From the NCBI GenBank assembly GCA_965215005.1, contig CBDCCZ010000018.1, forward strand, positions 192,001 to 256,000: 64,000 nucleotides of DNA, written 5' to 3'. Under the pieces are notes generated by a model. The model did not search any database. It worked only from the letters and a program-made list of their open reading frames with translations, and was not told where the DNA came from. The position numbers and the translations under genes are program-made. This stretch comes from Kofleriaceae bacterium (GTDB taxonomy: Bacteria; Myxococcota_A; Polyangia; Haliangiales; Haliangiaceae). Positions 53,111-61,133 of this stretch are shown here, in pieces (the stretch's first letter is position 1; every line of letters begins with the position of its first letter).

Positions 53111-56100
53111 ATGCGATGGGAGTCCCCGAAAGGACGCGTAACTGCTGAAGAGCTGGCCGAAACTGTAGCTACCTCGGATACACAAGGTGTAACCAAAGAC
53201 CCAGGTCAGGGTCATCATCCCCCGCCGGACCTACCTAATCCTGGGGATCGGGTCGGCCGCTACCGGCTGGGCTCGGTCATCGGTAGCGGCGGCATGGGCT
53301 GCGTGATGCGCGCCGAGCACGTCGATCTAGGTCGCCAGGTGGCGATCAAGTTCATGCTCACAGCCAAAGAGCAGGCCGAGGCAAACGTCGTGCGCTTCTT
53401 TCGCGAAGCACAGCTCGTCAACCGCATTCGCCACCCGCACGTCGTCGACGTCACCGATATCGACTGGCTACCCAGCGGCGCCGTCTACATCGTCATGGAG
53501 CTGCTGCACGGGCGCTGCCTGCAACGGGCGATCAGCACCGGACCACTGCCGCTGGGTCTCATTCAACGCATCGCGCACCAGTCGGCGGCGGCGCTATCGG
53601 CGGTGCACGCGGCGGGCATCATTCATCGCGACATCAAGCCCGGCAATTTGTTTCTCTGTGATGATCAGGCTGAACCACACCTAAAGATCCTCGACTTTGG
53701 TGTCGCCAAGCTCGGGGCCGACAGCGTTGCAAAGGCAGACGTTCTCACCGTGGCGGGCGGAGTCGTCGGCACGGTCGCCTACATGGCTCCAGAACAAGCA
53801 CGCGCTGAAGAACTCGATGCCCGCGCCGACCTGTTCTCGCTCGCTGCGACGCTCTACGAAGCAGCCACCGGATATCGGCCGTTTCGCAGTCATGCGCTCG
53901 GCGCGTTGGTCCACGAGCACACCACGTACGTGCCGCCGCGGCTTTCACAGGTTTTAGGCGCCGGCGTCGTGCCGGCGGCCCTCGATGAGACCATCGCCAG
54001 TGCGCTTCAGGTCGATCCCCACCGACGCCCCCCCTCCGCCGCCGCATTTGCCGATGCGCTCTCCGGATCCACCCCGCCAGCACGCTCGCTATCGCTGCCG
54101 GCGCCTCGGCCGCGGGCTGCCCGTAGCTCCCGACACACCGCAGTCGCCGTATGCCTTCACGCGCATGGCGCTGGGGCGGCGTTACGTGCGATCGCCGAGG
54201 CCACCGAGGCTGCCGGCGGGCTCGTGCTCGAGCGAAAGGCGAGCGCGCTCACCGCACTATTCGGAGTTCCCGACGTCGACAGCAGCACGTTTGCCCGCGC
54301 GCTCGAGGTTGCCGAAAGCGTTCGCGACGTGAGCATCGTGCTCGAGCTCGGTCGTGTGCGGGTCCGGCGAGCTCCCACAGGCATCGTGGCGACAGGCTCG
54401 CTGCTCACGCGGCTAGCGCGGCTAGCTAGCATCACGTGCCCAGGCCTGCGACTTGGTCCCAACGCGCACCGCTGGGTGTATCCGCTCGCGAGCGGTGATG
54501 CCGAGATGCCGCGGCCCGACGCACGGCCATCGCATCACGGTGAGCTCGTTCGTATGGTCAGCGCCGCTCTGGCTGGCGATGACACCGCCTGCCACATCGT
54601 CATCGACGGGCCGCCAGGCGCGGGCACTACCTACAGCTTGCATACGGCGCGGGAGAAATTCGACGCCTCGGCCCGGTGGCACGCCGCTCGCGCGCGACCG
54701 GGCGATCGCGGTTTCTACGCCACTCTGACGCACCTCGTCCCTGCCCTGGCCGAGCAGCTGCGGGCAGCGCCGACGCGACACGATGAACGAATTGATGCGT
54801 GGCTAACCGCGGAGGTGAGCTCCGGGCCGTTGGTCATTGCCCTCGATGACGCCGAATACGCCGATGAAGCCAGCATGGCGACGCTGCGGCGCCTCGCGGA
54901 GCTCGGCCGTGGAAAGCCGATTGCCGTGATCGTGGCGGGTCACCAACTCGACCACGACGGCGGTCAGCGACTCTCACTCGAGCCGCTCGCCGACCGCGCA
55001 GCAACGCAGCTCGCCGCCGCCCTCGCTCCAGCGGCCTCACGCGCCGAGATTGATGCGGTCGTAGCACGCGCAGCGGGCTGTGCTCGTTACGTCGTCGAGC
55101 TCGCGCGAGACCTCGATGCGAATGGCTCCGGCGCCGAAGAGTCAGCAACATCCCCGGCGCTCGAGCTGGCGACACGAGCGCATCTCGACGCCATGCTTCC
55201 CCACGCCCGACGCATCTACGAAATCGTAGCGATTGCGCAACAGGCGGGCTGGGCGGAGCTATTGGTCGCGCTGGCCGTCGCCCGCGGCTCGACCGCCGAC
55301 GAGGCACGCGAAGCGCTCTGGGAGCTCGAGGAGTGCGGCGCGATCGTGGCGGCGGAGGACGGACCTGCGACTTCTGAGCGATTCGTCGCCGCTGTGCCGG
55401 TTCTCGCCGAGACGGCGTATCGCGAGCTCAGCAGCGAACAGCGCCGCGCCCTGCACCTCGATTTGGCCACCCGCCTCGAAGCGGAGGGTGAGGCCGAAGC
55501 AGTTCCCGCAATTCCGTCTTTGCTCGCCGCGGCCCGCCAGTATGCTGCCGCTGGCGCCATCGATCACGCCGCTCGCTGCGACCGCCGCGCAGGGGCCGCA
55601 CTGCTGGCCGCCGGCGATCATCGCGGTGCGCACGCTGCACTGGTGCGCGCCATCGACGCCAGCGCGCCGTCGAGCGAGCTGCTCGAACAAGCCGGCGACG
55701 CGGCGATGGTTGCCGCCGGTCTGGACGCTGCGCAAGACCTCTATGCGCGGGCCCTCGACCTATCGGAACCCGACGAGCTCACCCGCGCACGCCTATGGCG
55801 CAAGCTCGGCGACTGCGCGACCCAGCGTGGAGACAACGCTGTGGCGGCGGCGTACTACGAGCGGGGGATTGCAGCGCTGGCTCCCGATGGCGAGCTCACG
55901 CCGAGAGCAGAAGCCGACGCGGTGACCGCGGCAGAGCTTTACGCCGCGCTGGGATGGCTGCGCGGCTATCAGCTCGGCGATTTCGAGATTGGCTCGCAAC
56001 TCGGAGCTCGCGCGCTCGAGCTATTGGAGGGAACCGAGCACCAGCAGGCGCTCGCGCACGCTTTGTCGCGGTTGGGTGGCTGCTACATGCGAGGGGGGCG

Positions 56101-56797
56101 CTACGCGGAACAGCTCGCGTGCAACGAGCGGACTCTCGAGGTGTCCATCGGCCTCGGTGATACCTGGATGGAGATGATCGCTCGACTCAACCTCGGAATT
56201 ACCTACTTGACCACCGGAAGGATTACCGAAGCGCGCGCTCAAACCACCCGCGCCTTGGCAATGGCGCGACGCACCGACTCGGTTCGCGTCGAAACCGTGG
56301 CCACCAACAACCTTGGCGCCATCGAGCTCGAAGCCGGAGATCCGTATCGCGCACTCGCTCACTTTGAACGCGCCGCAGAGCTGGTGCTCCGCTCGGGTTA
56401 CCGCTCGGTGCTACCAGAGCTCCACCGCGTCCGCGCTCGCGCCTACGCAGCCATAAACGATCTCCACCGCGCCAACCGCGACGCCCGACGCAGCCGCGCG
56501 CTAGCAACGCAACTCGAGGCCAGCTTCGAGGCCGGGCTTGCCGCGCGCGTGTTGGCGCTGATCGCGCTCCGGCTCGACAACCCGCAGCGGGCGAGCGCGT
56601 TACTCGACGAAGCGGCGGCACAAATCGGCACGCGCGACCCGCTCGAGTGCGCCAGGCTGAGCGTCGCGCGGGCGCTGCTTGCGCGCGCGGAGGGCGCCCC
56701 CGACGCCGATGACCAACTCGCCGCCGCGCACTCCGAGCTCGAGCGCCTCGGCCTCGCCCATGAGATCGCCGCGTTTGCAGCCAACAGCATCCGCTGA
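53111..56797 (+). CDS. Ser/Thr kinase - degenerate AAA/STAND NTPase - TPR multidomain protein
   Basis: GSGGMG, VAIK, HRDIKPGN, DFG and YMAPEQ motifs; Walker A-like GPPGAGTT and Walker B VIALDD; C-terminal TPRs; start uncertain. Confidence 0.88.
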   Translation: MRWESPKGRVTAEELAETVATSDTQGVTKDPGQGHHPPPDLPNPGDRVGRYRLGSVIGSGGMGCVMRAEHVDLGRQVAIKFMLTAKEQAEANVVRFFREAQLVNRIRHPHVVDVTDIDWLPSGAVYIVMELLHGRCLQRAISTGPLPLGLIQRIAHQSAAALSAVHAAGIIHRDIKPGNLFLCDDQAEPHLKILDFGVAKLGADSVAKADVLTVAGGVVGTVAYMAPEQARAEELDARADLFSLAATLYEAATGYRPFRSHALGALVHEHTTYVPPRLSQVLGAGVVPAALDETIASALQVDPHRRPPSAAAFADALSGSTPPARSLSLPAPRPRAARSSRHTAVAVCLHAHGAGAALRAIAEATEAAGGLVLERKASALTALFGVPDVDSSTFARALEVAESVRDVSIVLELGRVRVRRAPTGIVATGSLLTRLARLASITCPGLRLGPNAHRWVYPLASGDAEMPRPDARPSHHGELVRMVSAALAGDDTACHIVIDGPPGAGTTYSLHTAREKFDASARWHAARARPGDRGFYATLTHLVPALAEQLRAAPTRHDERIDAWLTAEVSSGPLVIALDDAEYADEASMATLRRLAELGRGKPIAVIVAGHQLDHDGGQRLSLEPLADRAATQLAAALAPAASRAEIDAVVARAAGCARYVVELARDLDANGSGAEESATSPALELATRAHLDAMLPHARRIYEIVAIAQQAGWAELLVALAVARGSTADEAREALWELEECGAIVAAEDGPATSERFVAAVPVLAETAYRELSSEQRRALHLDLATRLEAEGEAEAVPAIPSLLAAARQYAAAGAIDHAARCDRRAGAALLAAGDHRGAHAALVRAIDASAPSSELLEQAGDAAMVAAGLDAAQDLYARALDLSEPDELTRARLWRKLGDCATQRGDNAVAAAYYERGIAALAPDGELTPRAEADAVTAAELYAALGWLRGYQLGDFEIGSQLGARALELLEGTEHQQALAHALSRLGGCYMRGGRYAEQLACNERTLEVSIGLGDTWMEMIARLNLGITYLTTGRITEARAQTTRALAMARRTDSVRVETVATNNLGAIELEAGDPYRALAHFERAAELVLRSGYRSVLPELHRVRARAYAAINDLHRANRDARRSRALATQLEASFEAGLAARVLALIALRLDNPQRASALLDEAAAQIGTRDPLECARLSVARALLARAEGAPDADDQLAAAHSELERLGLAHEIAAFAANSIR

Positions 56798-56887
56798 TCT
56801 CTCATATTACTACTGGTCCAAAGAGCACCTAGCGCTAGCGCGGCACGAAGCGAGGCTCCAGACGGCATGTTCTCGCAAATAGGGCTA

Positions 56888-56914
56888 ATGCCCTCGCACT
56901 AAGCGCGAGGGCAT
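56888..56914. terminator. Hairpin downstream of precursor B / kinase gene
   Basis: ATGCCCTCGC-actaagc-GCGAGGGCAT, 10-bp perfect stem, 17 nt past the stop of 56932-57138. Confidence 0.65.
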
Positions 56915-56931
56915 CAAAGGACAGATTTCTT

Positions 56932-57138
56932 TTAGAACTTGCCGCCGCTGTAGAGGCCAGTACCGGTAACTTCGAAGTGAGCTTCCGCCGCCCGGCCGTG
57001 AGCCGCGAACGCCTCGCCACGGTTGTCCCACGCCCAGTCAGCCGCGCCCGTGATCGCTTCGCTAGCCGCGAGCTCGAGCAAGAACCTACCGACACCTCCG
57101 CCGGCGACATTTACAGTATTCAGATCGATGGTCTTCAT
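56932..57138 (-). CDS. Putative double-glycine-leader precursor peptide B (68 aa)
   Basis: MKTIDLNTVNVAGG leader plus 54-aa core; GGAG RBS, own sigma54-like promoter and downstream hairpin. Confidence 0.7.
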   Translation of the reverse strand: MKTIDLNTVNVAGGGVGRFLLELAASEAITGAADWAWDNRGEAFAAHGRAAEAHFEVTGTGLYSGGKF

Positions 57139-57202
57139 TGCTATCTCCCGTTCCTTTAGAAGGTTTGAGCCGCGACACATTCGCGACGTTGACCAAAGCC
57201 TT

Positions 57203-57218
57203 TGCGAACAACGGACCA
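57203..57218 (-). promoter_or_regulatory. Sigma54-like promoter of precursor B
   Basis: TGGTCCGTTGTTCGCA with GG-N10-GC spacing. Confidence 0.55.
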
Positions 57219-57270
57219 ATCGCCTACCTCGTAAACATCAGTCGTCCCGTCCCCTCCCTCCAGACTCGAT

Positions 57271-57306
57271 GTTGCCCGCAAGCCTCAGATGTCGCCAGCC
57301 GATGAC
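57271..57306. promoter_or_regulatory. Tandem UAS-like boxes (degenerate)
   Basis: GTTGC-N6-GCCTC, 4 nt, GTCGC-N6-ATGAC. Confidence 0.45.
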
Positions 57307-57477
57307 GTAAATGAGAGTCTGCACCGGATGCGTGATGAATAGTCCCTTCTCCTTATTAACGCGTGATTATGAAATTCGACTGGATCCTCAAACGGGCATA
57401 CGAGTGGTCTACGAATCTTCAGCCTTGGGCGAGGTGAATGGTGACGGCACGCACTGGCGCCGTCTCACCTATCGCGA

Positions 57478-57514
57478 GTTGCCAGGCGGCGACAGTCCGT
57501 CGCTCACCTGCAAC
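57478..57514. promoter_or_regulatory. Tandem UAS-like boxes
   Basis: GTTGC-N6-GCGAC, 5 nt, GTCGC-N6-GCAAC. Confidence 0.65.
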
Positions 57515-57564
57515 ATCCCACGCCGCTAGAACGGCTAGAGGGGCTTACGAATAGGCATTTCGCC

Positions 57565-57580
57565 TGGCACAACCGGTGCA
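57565..57580 (+). promoter_or_regulatory. Sigma54 -24/-12 promoter of the precursor A-JmjC operon
   Basis: TGGCACAACCGGTGCA. Confidence 0.8.
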
Positions 57581-57622
57581 ATCCCCCAACTCGTTCAATC
57601 CACACCTTCAGAGGAGTAAACT

Positions 57623-57838
57623 ATGAAGAACCAGCGAAAGTCTCTCTCTCTCCAAGATCGCGCGCAGCTCCACGATGCCGCGCTCGATACCGTCTCCGGT
57701 GGCACGACGATGCCGCGCATGCCACCGGTCGGTCCAGAGCCGTTTCCGTGGGGCATCATCATCGAGCCTCCTCCGACTGGAGGGCTGCCGTTCCCCACGC
57801 CTCCCGGATTTCCCTACGGCATACCGGGACTGGGCTAA
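57623..57838 (+). CDS. Putative RiPP precursor A: double-glycine leader plus Pro-rich core (71 aa)
   Basis: GAGGAG RBS; leader ends LHDAALDTVSGG (L-12, L-7, V-4, GG); core TTMPRMPPVGPEPFPWGIIIEPPPTGGLPFPTPPGFPYGIPGLG. Confidence 0.85.
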   Translation: MKNQRKSLSLQDRAQLHDAALDTVSGGTTMPRMPPVGPEPFPWGIIIEPPPTGGLPFPTPPGFPYGIPGLG

Positions 57839-57841
57839 CCG

Positions 57842-59080
57842 ATGGTCGCGGGTTCGTCCGTCGGAGCTCGAGAAGCGCACGATGAGGCTCCGGCGGCGGC
57901 CCTCGCCGCCCTGTTCGGTAGCGACGGCGCACGAGCTTTCGCCGGCCCACATTGGCCGCATCACCCGTTCGTCGTCCATCGCACGCTCTCGCAGCTGCCG
58001 AGCGCACTGCGGGCACCGCTGCTACTCGACCCGCGCGCCCTTGCTGCCGTCTACCGCGGCACCGTCGAGGTAACGAACGGTCGCGCGGGCCAATTTCGCC
58101 TCAGCGGCGTCGATCCGAATGTCTACTTTGAAGTATTAGGCCTTGCGACTCGCTTTAGCGAGCTCCAGCAATACGTGCCCCAAGCAGCATCGTACTTGCG
58201 CGAGCTCGAGGCCGCCCTGGGCGCGCCGAATGGCTGCGCGAGCCTTCATGCGTTTGTTAATCCGGCTCATGTGGGTCTCGCCGCGCACTGCGATCCGGCG
58301 GAGCATATCGCTGTGCAACTCGCCGGCAAGAAGCGGTTCAAGGTGCTGCGCAACGAGGTTCCCTATGCGGCAGTCTCCCATGGTGCTCGTCGCCCCCCTT
58401 CACGCCGCACACTAGCGACGATTGGTGGTCATCTGCCGCGCTGGGAGCGACTTCCCGAGACCGCAGAGACCATTGACCTCGAGCCGGGCTCGGTCCTATT
58501 CATGCCGCGCGGCACGTATCACGAGACTCTCGGCGGTGAAGGCGAGCCATCCGTCACGCTCGTCATTCAACTCGCAGTTCCCAGTGCAGCAGACGTCTTC
58601 TTAGACTATCTACGCGACTATTTGGCGCAGGCAACACCTTGGCGCCAGCCGCTCTTACACACCTGGCGCGGCGCCTCTCCGGCCGCACAGGCGCACCTTC
58701 GAGACAGTCTCGATGACCTTGCCGAGCGACTCCTCCGCCTATCGCCTCAACAAATGATCGATGCGCGCTCTCCTGCACTCACGCTCGATTACGCACGATT
58801 GGTTCGCGCGCCGGGCGTCGAGGTCCGCGTCACAATCGACGACGACCAAATGTGCGTCCAGTTCGTAGCCGACGATCGCAGAGCCAGCGCCCCGGTCGAG
58901 CTGGCAGCCGAGCTGAGCAGCGTCTTCGACTGGCTGCTCGCACAAACCGACCCATTCTCGCTCGCGGCCGCGCAACAGGCCCTCCCAGAGTGGGAGCCGG
59001 ACGCTATCGAGGCAGTGGCGCAGTTTCTGCTCGCGCGTGGTGCGTTGCTCTCGCTTCCCATCGAGCCGTTCAATGCGTAA
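57842..59080 (+). CDS. JmjC/Cupin_4 (YcfD/ROX-like) Fe(II)/2-oxoglutarate oxygenase
   Basis: AHCD..EHIAVQLAGKKRF and LEPGSVLFMPRGTYH give the HxD...H facial triad; C-terminal winged-helix-like region. Confidence 0.88.
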   Translation: MVAGSSVGAREAHDEAPAAALAALFGSDGARAFAGPHWPHHPFVVHRTLSQLPSALRAPLLLDPRALAAVYRGTVEVTNGRAGQFRLSGVDPNVYFEVLGLATRFSELQQYVPQAASYLRELEAALGAPNGCASLHAFVNPAHVGLAAHCDPAEHIAVQLAGKKRFKVLRNEVPYAAVSHGARRPPSRRTLATIGGHLPRWERLPETAETIDLEPGSVLFMPRGTYHETLGGEGEPSVTLVIQLAVPSAADVFLDYLRDYLAQATPWRQPLLHTWRGASPAAQAHLRDSLDDLAERLLRLSPQQMIDARSPALTLDYARLVRAPGVEVRVTIDDDQMCVQFVADDRRASAPVELAAELSSVFDWLLAQTDPFSLAAAQQALPEWEPDAIEAVAQFLLARGALLSLPIEPFNA

Positions 59081-59201
59081 CTCACGCACCATTCAAACGT
59101 GCGCCCGTTTAGCGGTTTCGCTCGGCCCCGTCGTTTTCAGCACGAACCGCGATGAGTAGATAGCCTACCGTGCGCCGCTCGAAACCTAGACGAACAGAAA
59201 C

Positions 59202-59600
59202 TTGAAACAGCGCACGGTATTCGTACTGGACGGCCTCGGCGCGTCTGTCAGCGCCATCCTTTTAGGTCTGGTGCTGCCCCGTCTTCAGCATTGGATCGGG
59301 CTTCCCACCGTCCTGTTGTACGTTCTTGCGGAGAGTGCAGCGGTGCTGGCCCTCTATTCGTTGAGCTGCGCCCGTTTCGCCAATGCGTCAGACGAACGCT
59401 GGCTGCGGGCGCTCGTTGTCGCCAACCTTCTCTACTGTGCCGCCACGGCCGGGCTCGTGCTCTGGTTCTGGAAGGCAATGCATCCCCTCGGCTTCGCGTA
59501 TTTTGCTGGCGAGATCTTCATCATCCTTGGGCTCGTTCAACTCGAGCGACGAGTCTTGGCAAGGCGAAGGGAACGTCGGCGCGCTCGACTGGCGCTATGA
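59202..59600 (+). CDS. Small 4-TM membrane protein
   Basis: Four hydrophobic segments; TTG start. Confidence 0.65.
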   Translation: MKQRTVFVLDGLGASVSAILLGLVLPRLQHWIGLPTVLLYVLAESAAVLALYSLSCARFANASDERWLRALVVANLLYCAATAGLVLWFWKAMHPLGFAYFAGEIFIILGLVQLERRVLARRRERRRARLAL

Positions 59601-59648
59601 GCTAGCTGACTTGGGCGGCGAGGACGCAGGAGTGCTAGCGTGCTGCCG

Positions 59649-60971
59649 ATGCGTCTCGTCGTCATCGTCGCGATCGGTTTGGCGATATCTGTTCCGGCCC
59701 TGGCCGACCCACTATTGGACGCGCTTGGTGCGGAGGAGCCGGCGGAGGAGGCGGTGGAGGAGGCGATCCCGCTCGATCCGCCCAGTGATGTGGCTATCGC
59801 GACTCGCCTGCAGGCAATTTATGCCGAAATAGAAGACTTGGCGGATATCGAGGCCGTGGTCAGATCCGGGGTCGTGCACCTAACAGGCTCCGCGCCTACG
59901 GCTGCTGCCAGTGAGCGCGCCACCGCTATCGCCGATGCGTTGCCTGGGGTGGTGTACGTCGACAATGGCATCGACGATGCCCCGCCTGCGAGTGCGCGGG
60001 TCGCGCCGCTGCTAGATCGCGCCGAGGCTCGCGCTCGCGAGCTCCTGGCGCATCTGCCGATCCTTGGGCTGGCCATCTTGGCGGCGCTGCCATTCTTCGT
60101 CTTGGCGGCGGTGCTGCGGCGCTGGGAAGCACCGTTCAAGCTGTTCGTGCGACGCCAGTTGATCCGCAGCATCGTGCAGCGCATCGTCGCCAACGTCGTC
60201 ATCATCGGCGGCATCTTGGTGGCGCTCGACGTGTTAGAAGCGACCGCCATCGTCGGTGCGGTGCTCGGCGCCGCCGGGTTGGCCGGCATCGCGATCGGCT
60301 TTGCGTTTCAGGACATCGCCGAGAACTACCTCGCCAGTATTCTTCTCAGCGTACGGCGGCCCTTCGCCGCCGGCGATTCGGTGAAGATCGGCGAGCAGGA
60401 AGGCGTGGTCGTCGGCCTCAACACCCGCGAGACGCTCCTGATGACCTACGAAGGAAATCACCTGAGCCTGCCGAACGCGACCGTCTTCAAGAGCGAGATC
60501 TTGAACTACACCCGCAACCCCCGCCGCCAGTTCAACTTCTTAGTGGGCATCGGCACCGAGGTCGACTTGACGGCGGCGCAGTCACTCGGCGTTTCTACCC
60601 TGCGGCAGACGCCGGGCGTGGTCGTCGATCCGCCGCCGTTCTCGCGCGTCGAGGAGCTTGCCGACTTCACGGTCAACGTGCGGTTTCATGGCTGGGTAGA
60701 CCAGACGAAGACCGACTGGAACAAAGCCCGCAGCGAAGCGATCCGGCGCGTCAAAGTTGCGTTCGACGATGCCGGTGTCGATATGCCAGTGCCCACTTAC
60801 AACGTGCTCACGCGTGCTGCCGAGCCACCGAAGCCTTCTCCCGTGGCCACGGGAGGTCAGCTCGATGCCGCCGCTCACGACGTCGCCGCCGACGATAATC
60901 TCGCCCGCCAAATCGACGAAGAACGCGCCCACCAGACCGATGATCTGCTGCGAGAGCCGGGCGCTAACTGA
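59649..60971 (+). CDS. Small-conductance mechanosensitive channel (MscS family) with BON domain
   Basis: Signal peptide, BON domain (GVVHLTG...GVVYVDN), GIAIGFAFQDIAEN, RPFAAGD, LPNATV. Confidence 0.9.
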   Translation: MRLVVIVAIGLAISVPALADPLLDALGAEEPAEEAVEEAIPLDPPSDVAIATRLQAIYAEIEDLADIEAVVRSGVVHLTGSAPTAAASERATAIADALPGVVYVDNGIDDAPPASARVAPLLDRAEARARELLAHLPILGLAILAALPFFVLAAVLRRWEAPFKLFVRRQLIRSIVQRIVANVVIIGGILVALDVLEATAIVGAVLGAAGLAGIAIGFAFQDIAENYLASILLSVRRPFAAGDSVKIGEQEGVVVGLNTRETLLMTYEGNHLSLPNATVFKSEILNYTRNPRRQFNFLVGIGTEVDLTAAQSLGVSTLRQTPGVVVDPPPFSRVEELADFTVNVRFHGWVDQTKTDWNKARSEAIRRVKVAFDDAGVDMPVPTYNVLTRAAEPPKPSPVATGGQLDAAAHDVAADDNLARQIDEERAHQTDDLLREPGAN

Positions 60972-61039
60972 GGCGCCCGGTGCGCAAGCCCGAGCAGCTC
61001 CGCTCGAAGGTGAGCGAGTGCAATGGGCCTAATGGAAAA

Positions 61040-61075
61040 GCCGCCTTGCTGCCCCGTGAAGGAGAGCAAGGCGGC
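61040..61075 (-). terminator. Intrinsic terminator
   Basis: gccgccttgct...agcaaggcggc stem followed by TTTT on the minus strand. Confidence 0.65.
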
Positions 61076-61133
61076 GGGCGGAATGCGCGGCAAGCGCGAA
61101 GGCGAGCCGACCGCAGAAAAGCGATCGCAGGCG

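Noticed and set aside
57016..57036. WAWDNRG resembles the WAWANKG of lacticin Q and the WxW of darobactin-type cores
   Set aside because: Lacticin Q/aureocin A53 peptides are leaderless and cationic, whereas this core is anionic; no radical SAM enzyme is in the window
57311..57529. 72-aa ORF between the two precursors
   Set aside because: No GG leader or clear RBS, and it overlaps the enhancer boxes of the precursor A promoter; probably non-coding regulatory DNA
46433..59080. Lanthipeptide, lasso, thiopeptide or NHLP assignment for the peptide cluster
   Set aside because: No LanB/C/M, lasso cyclase, YcaO or radical SAM genes; both cores lack Cys
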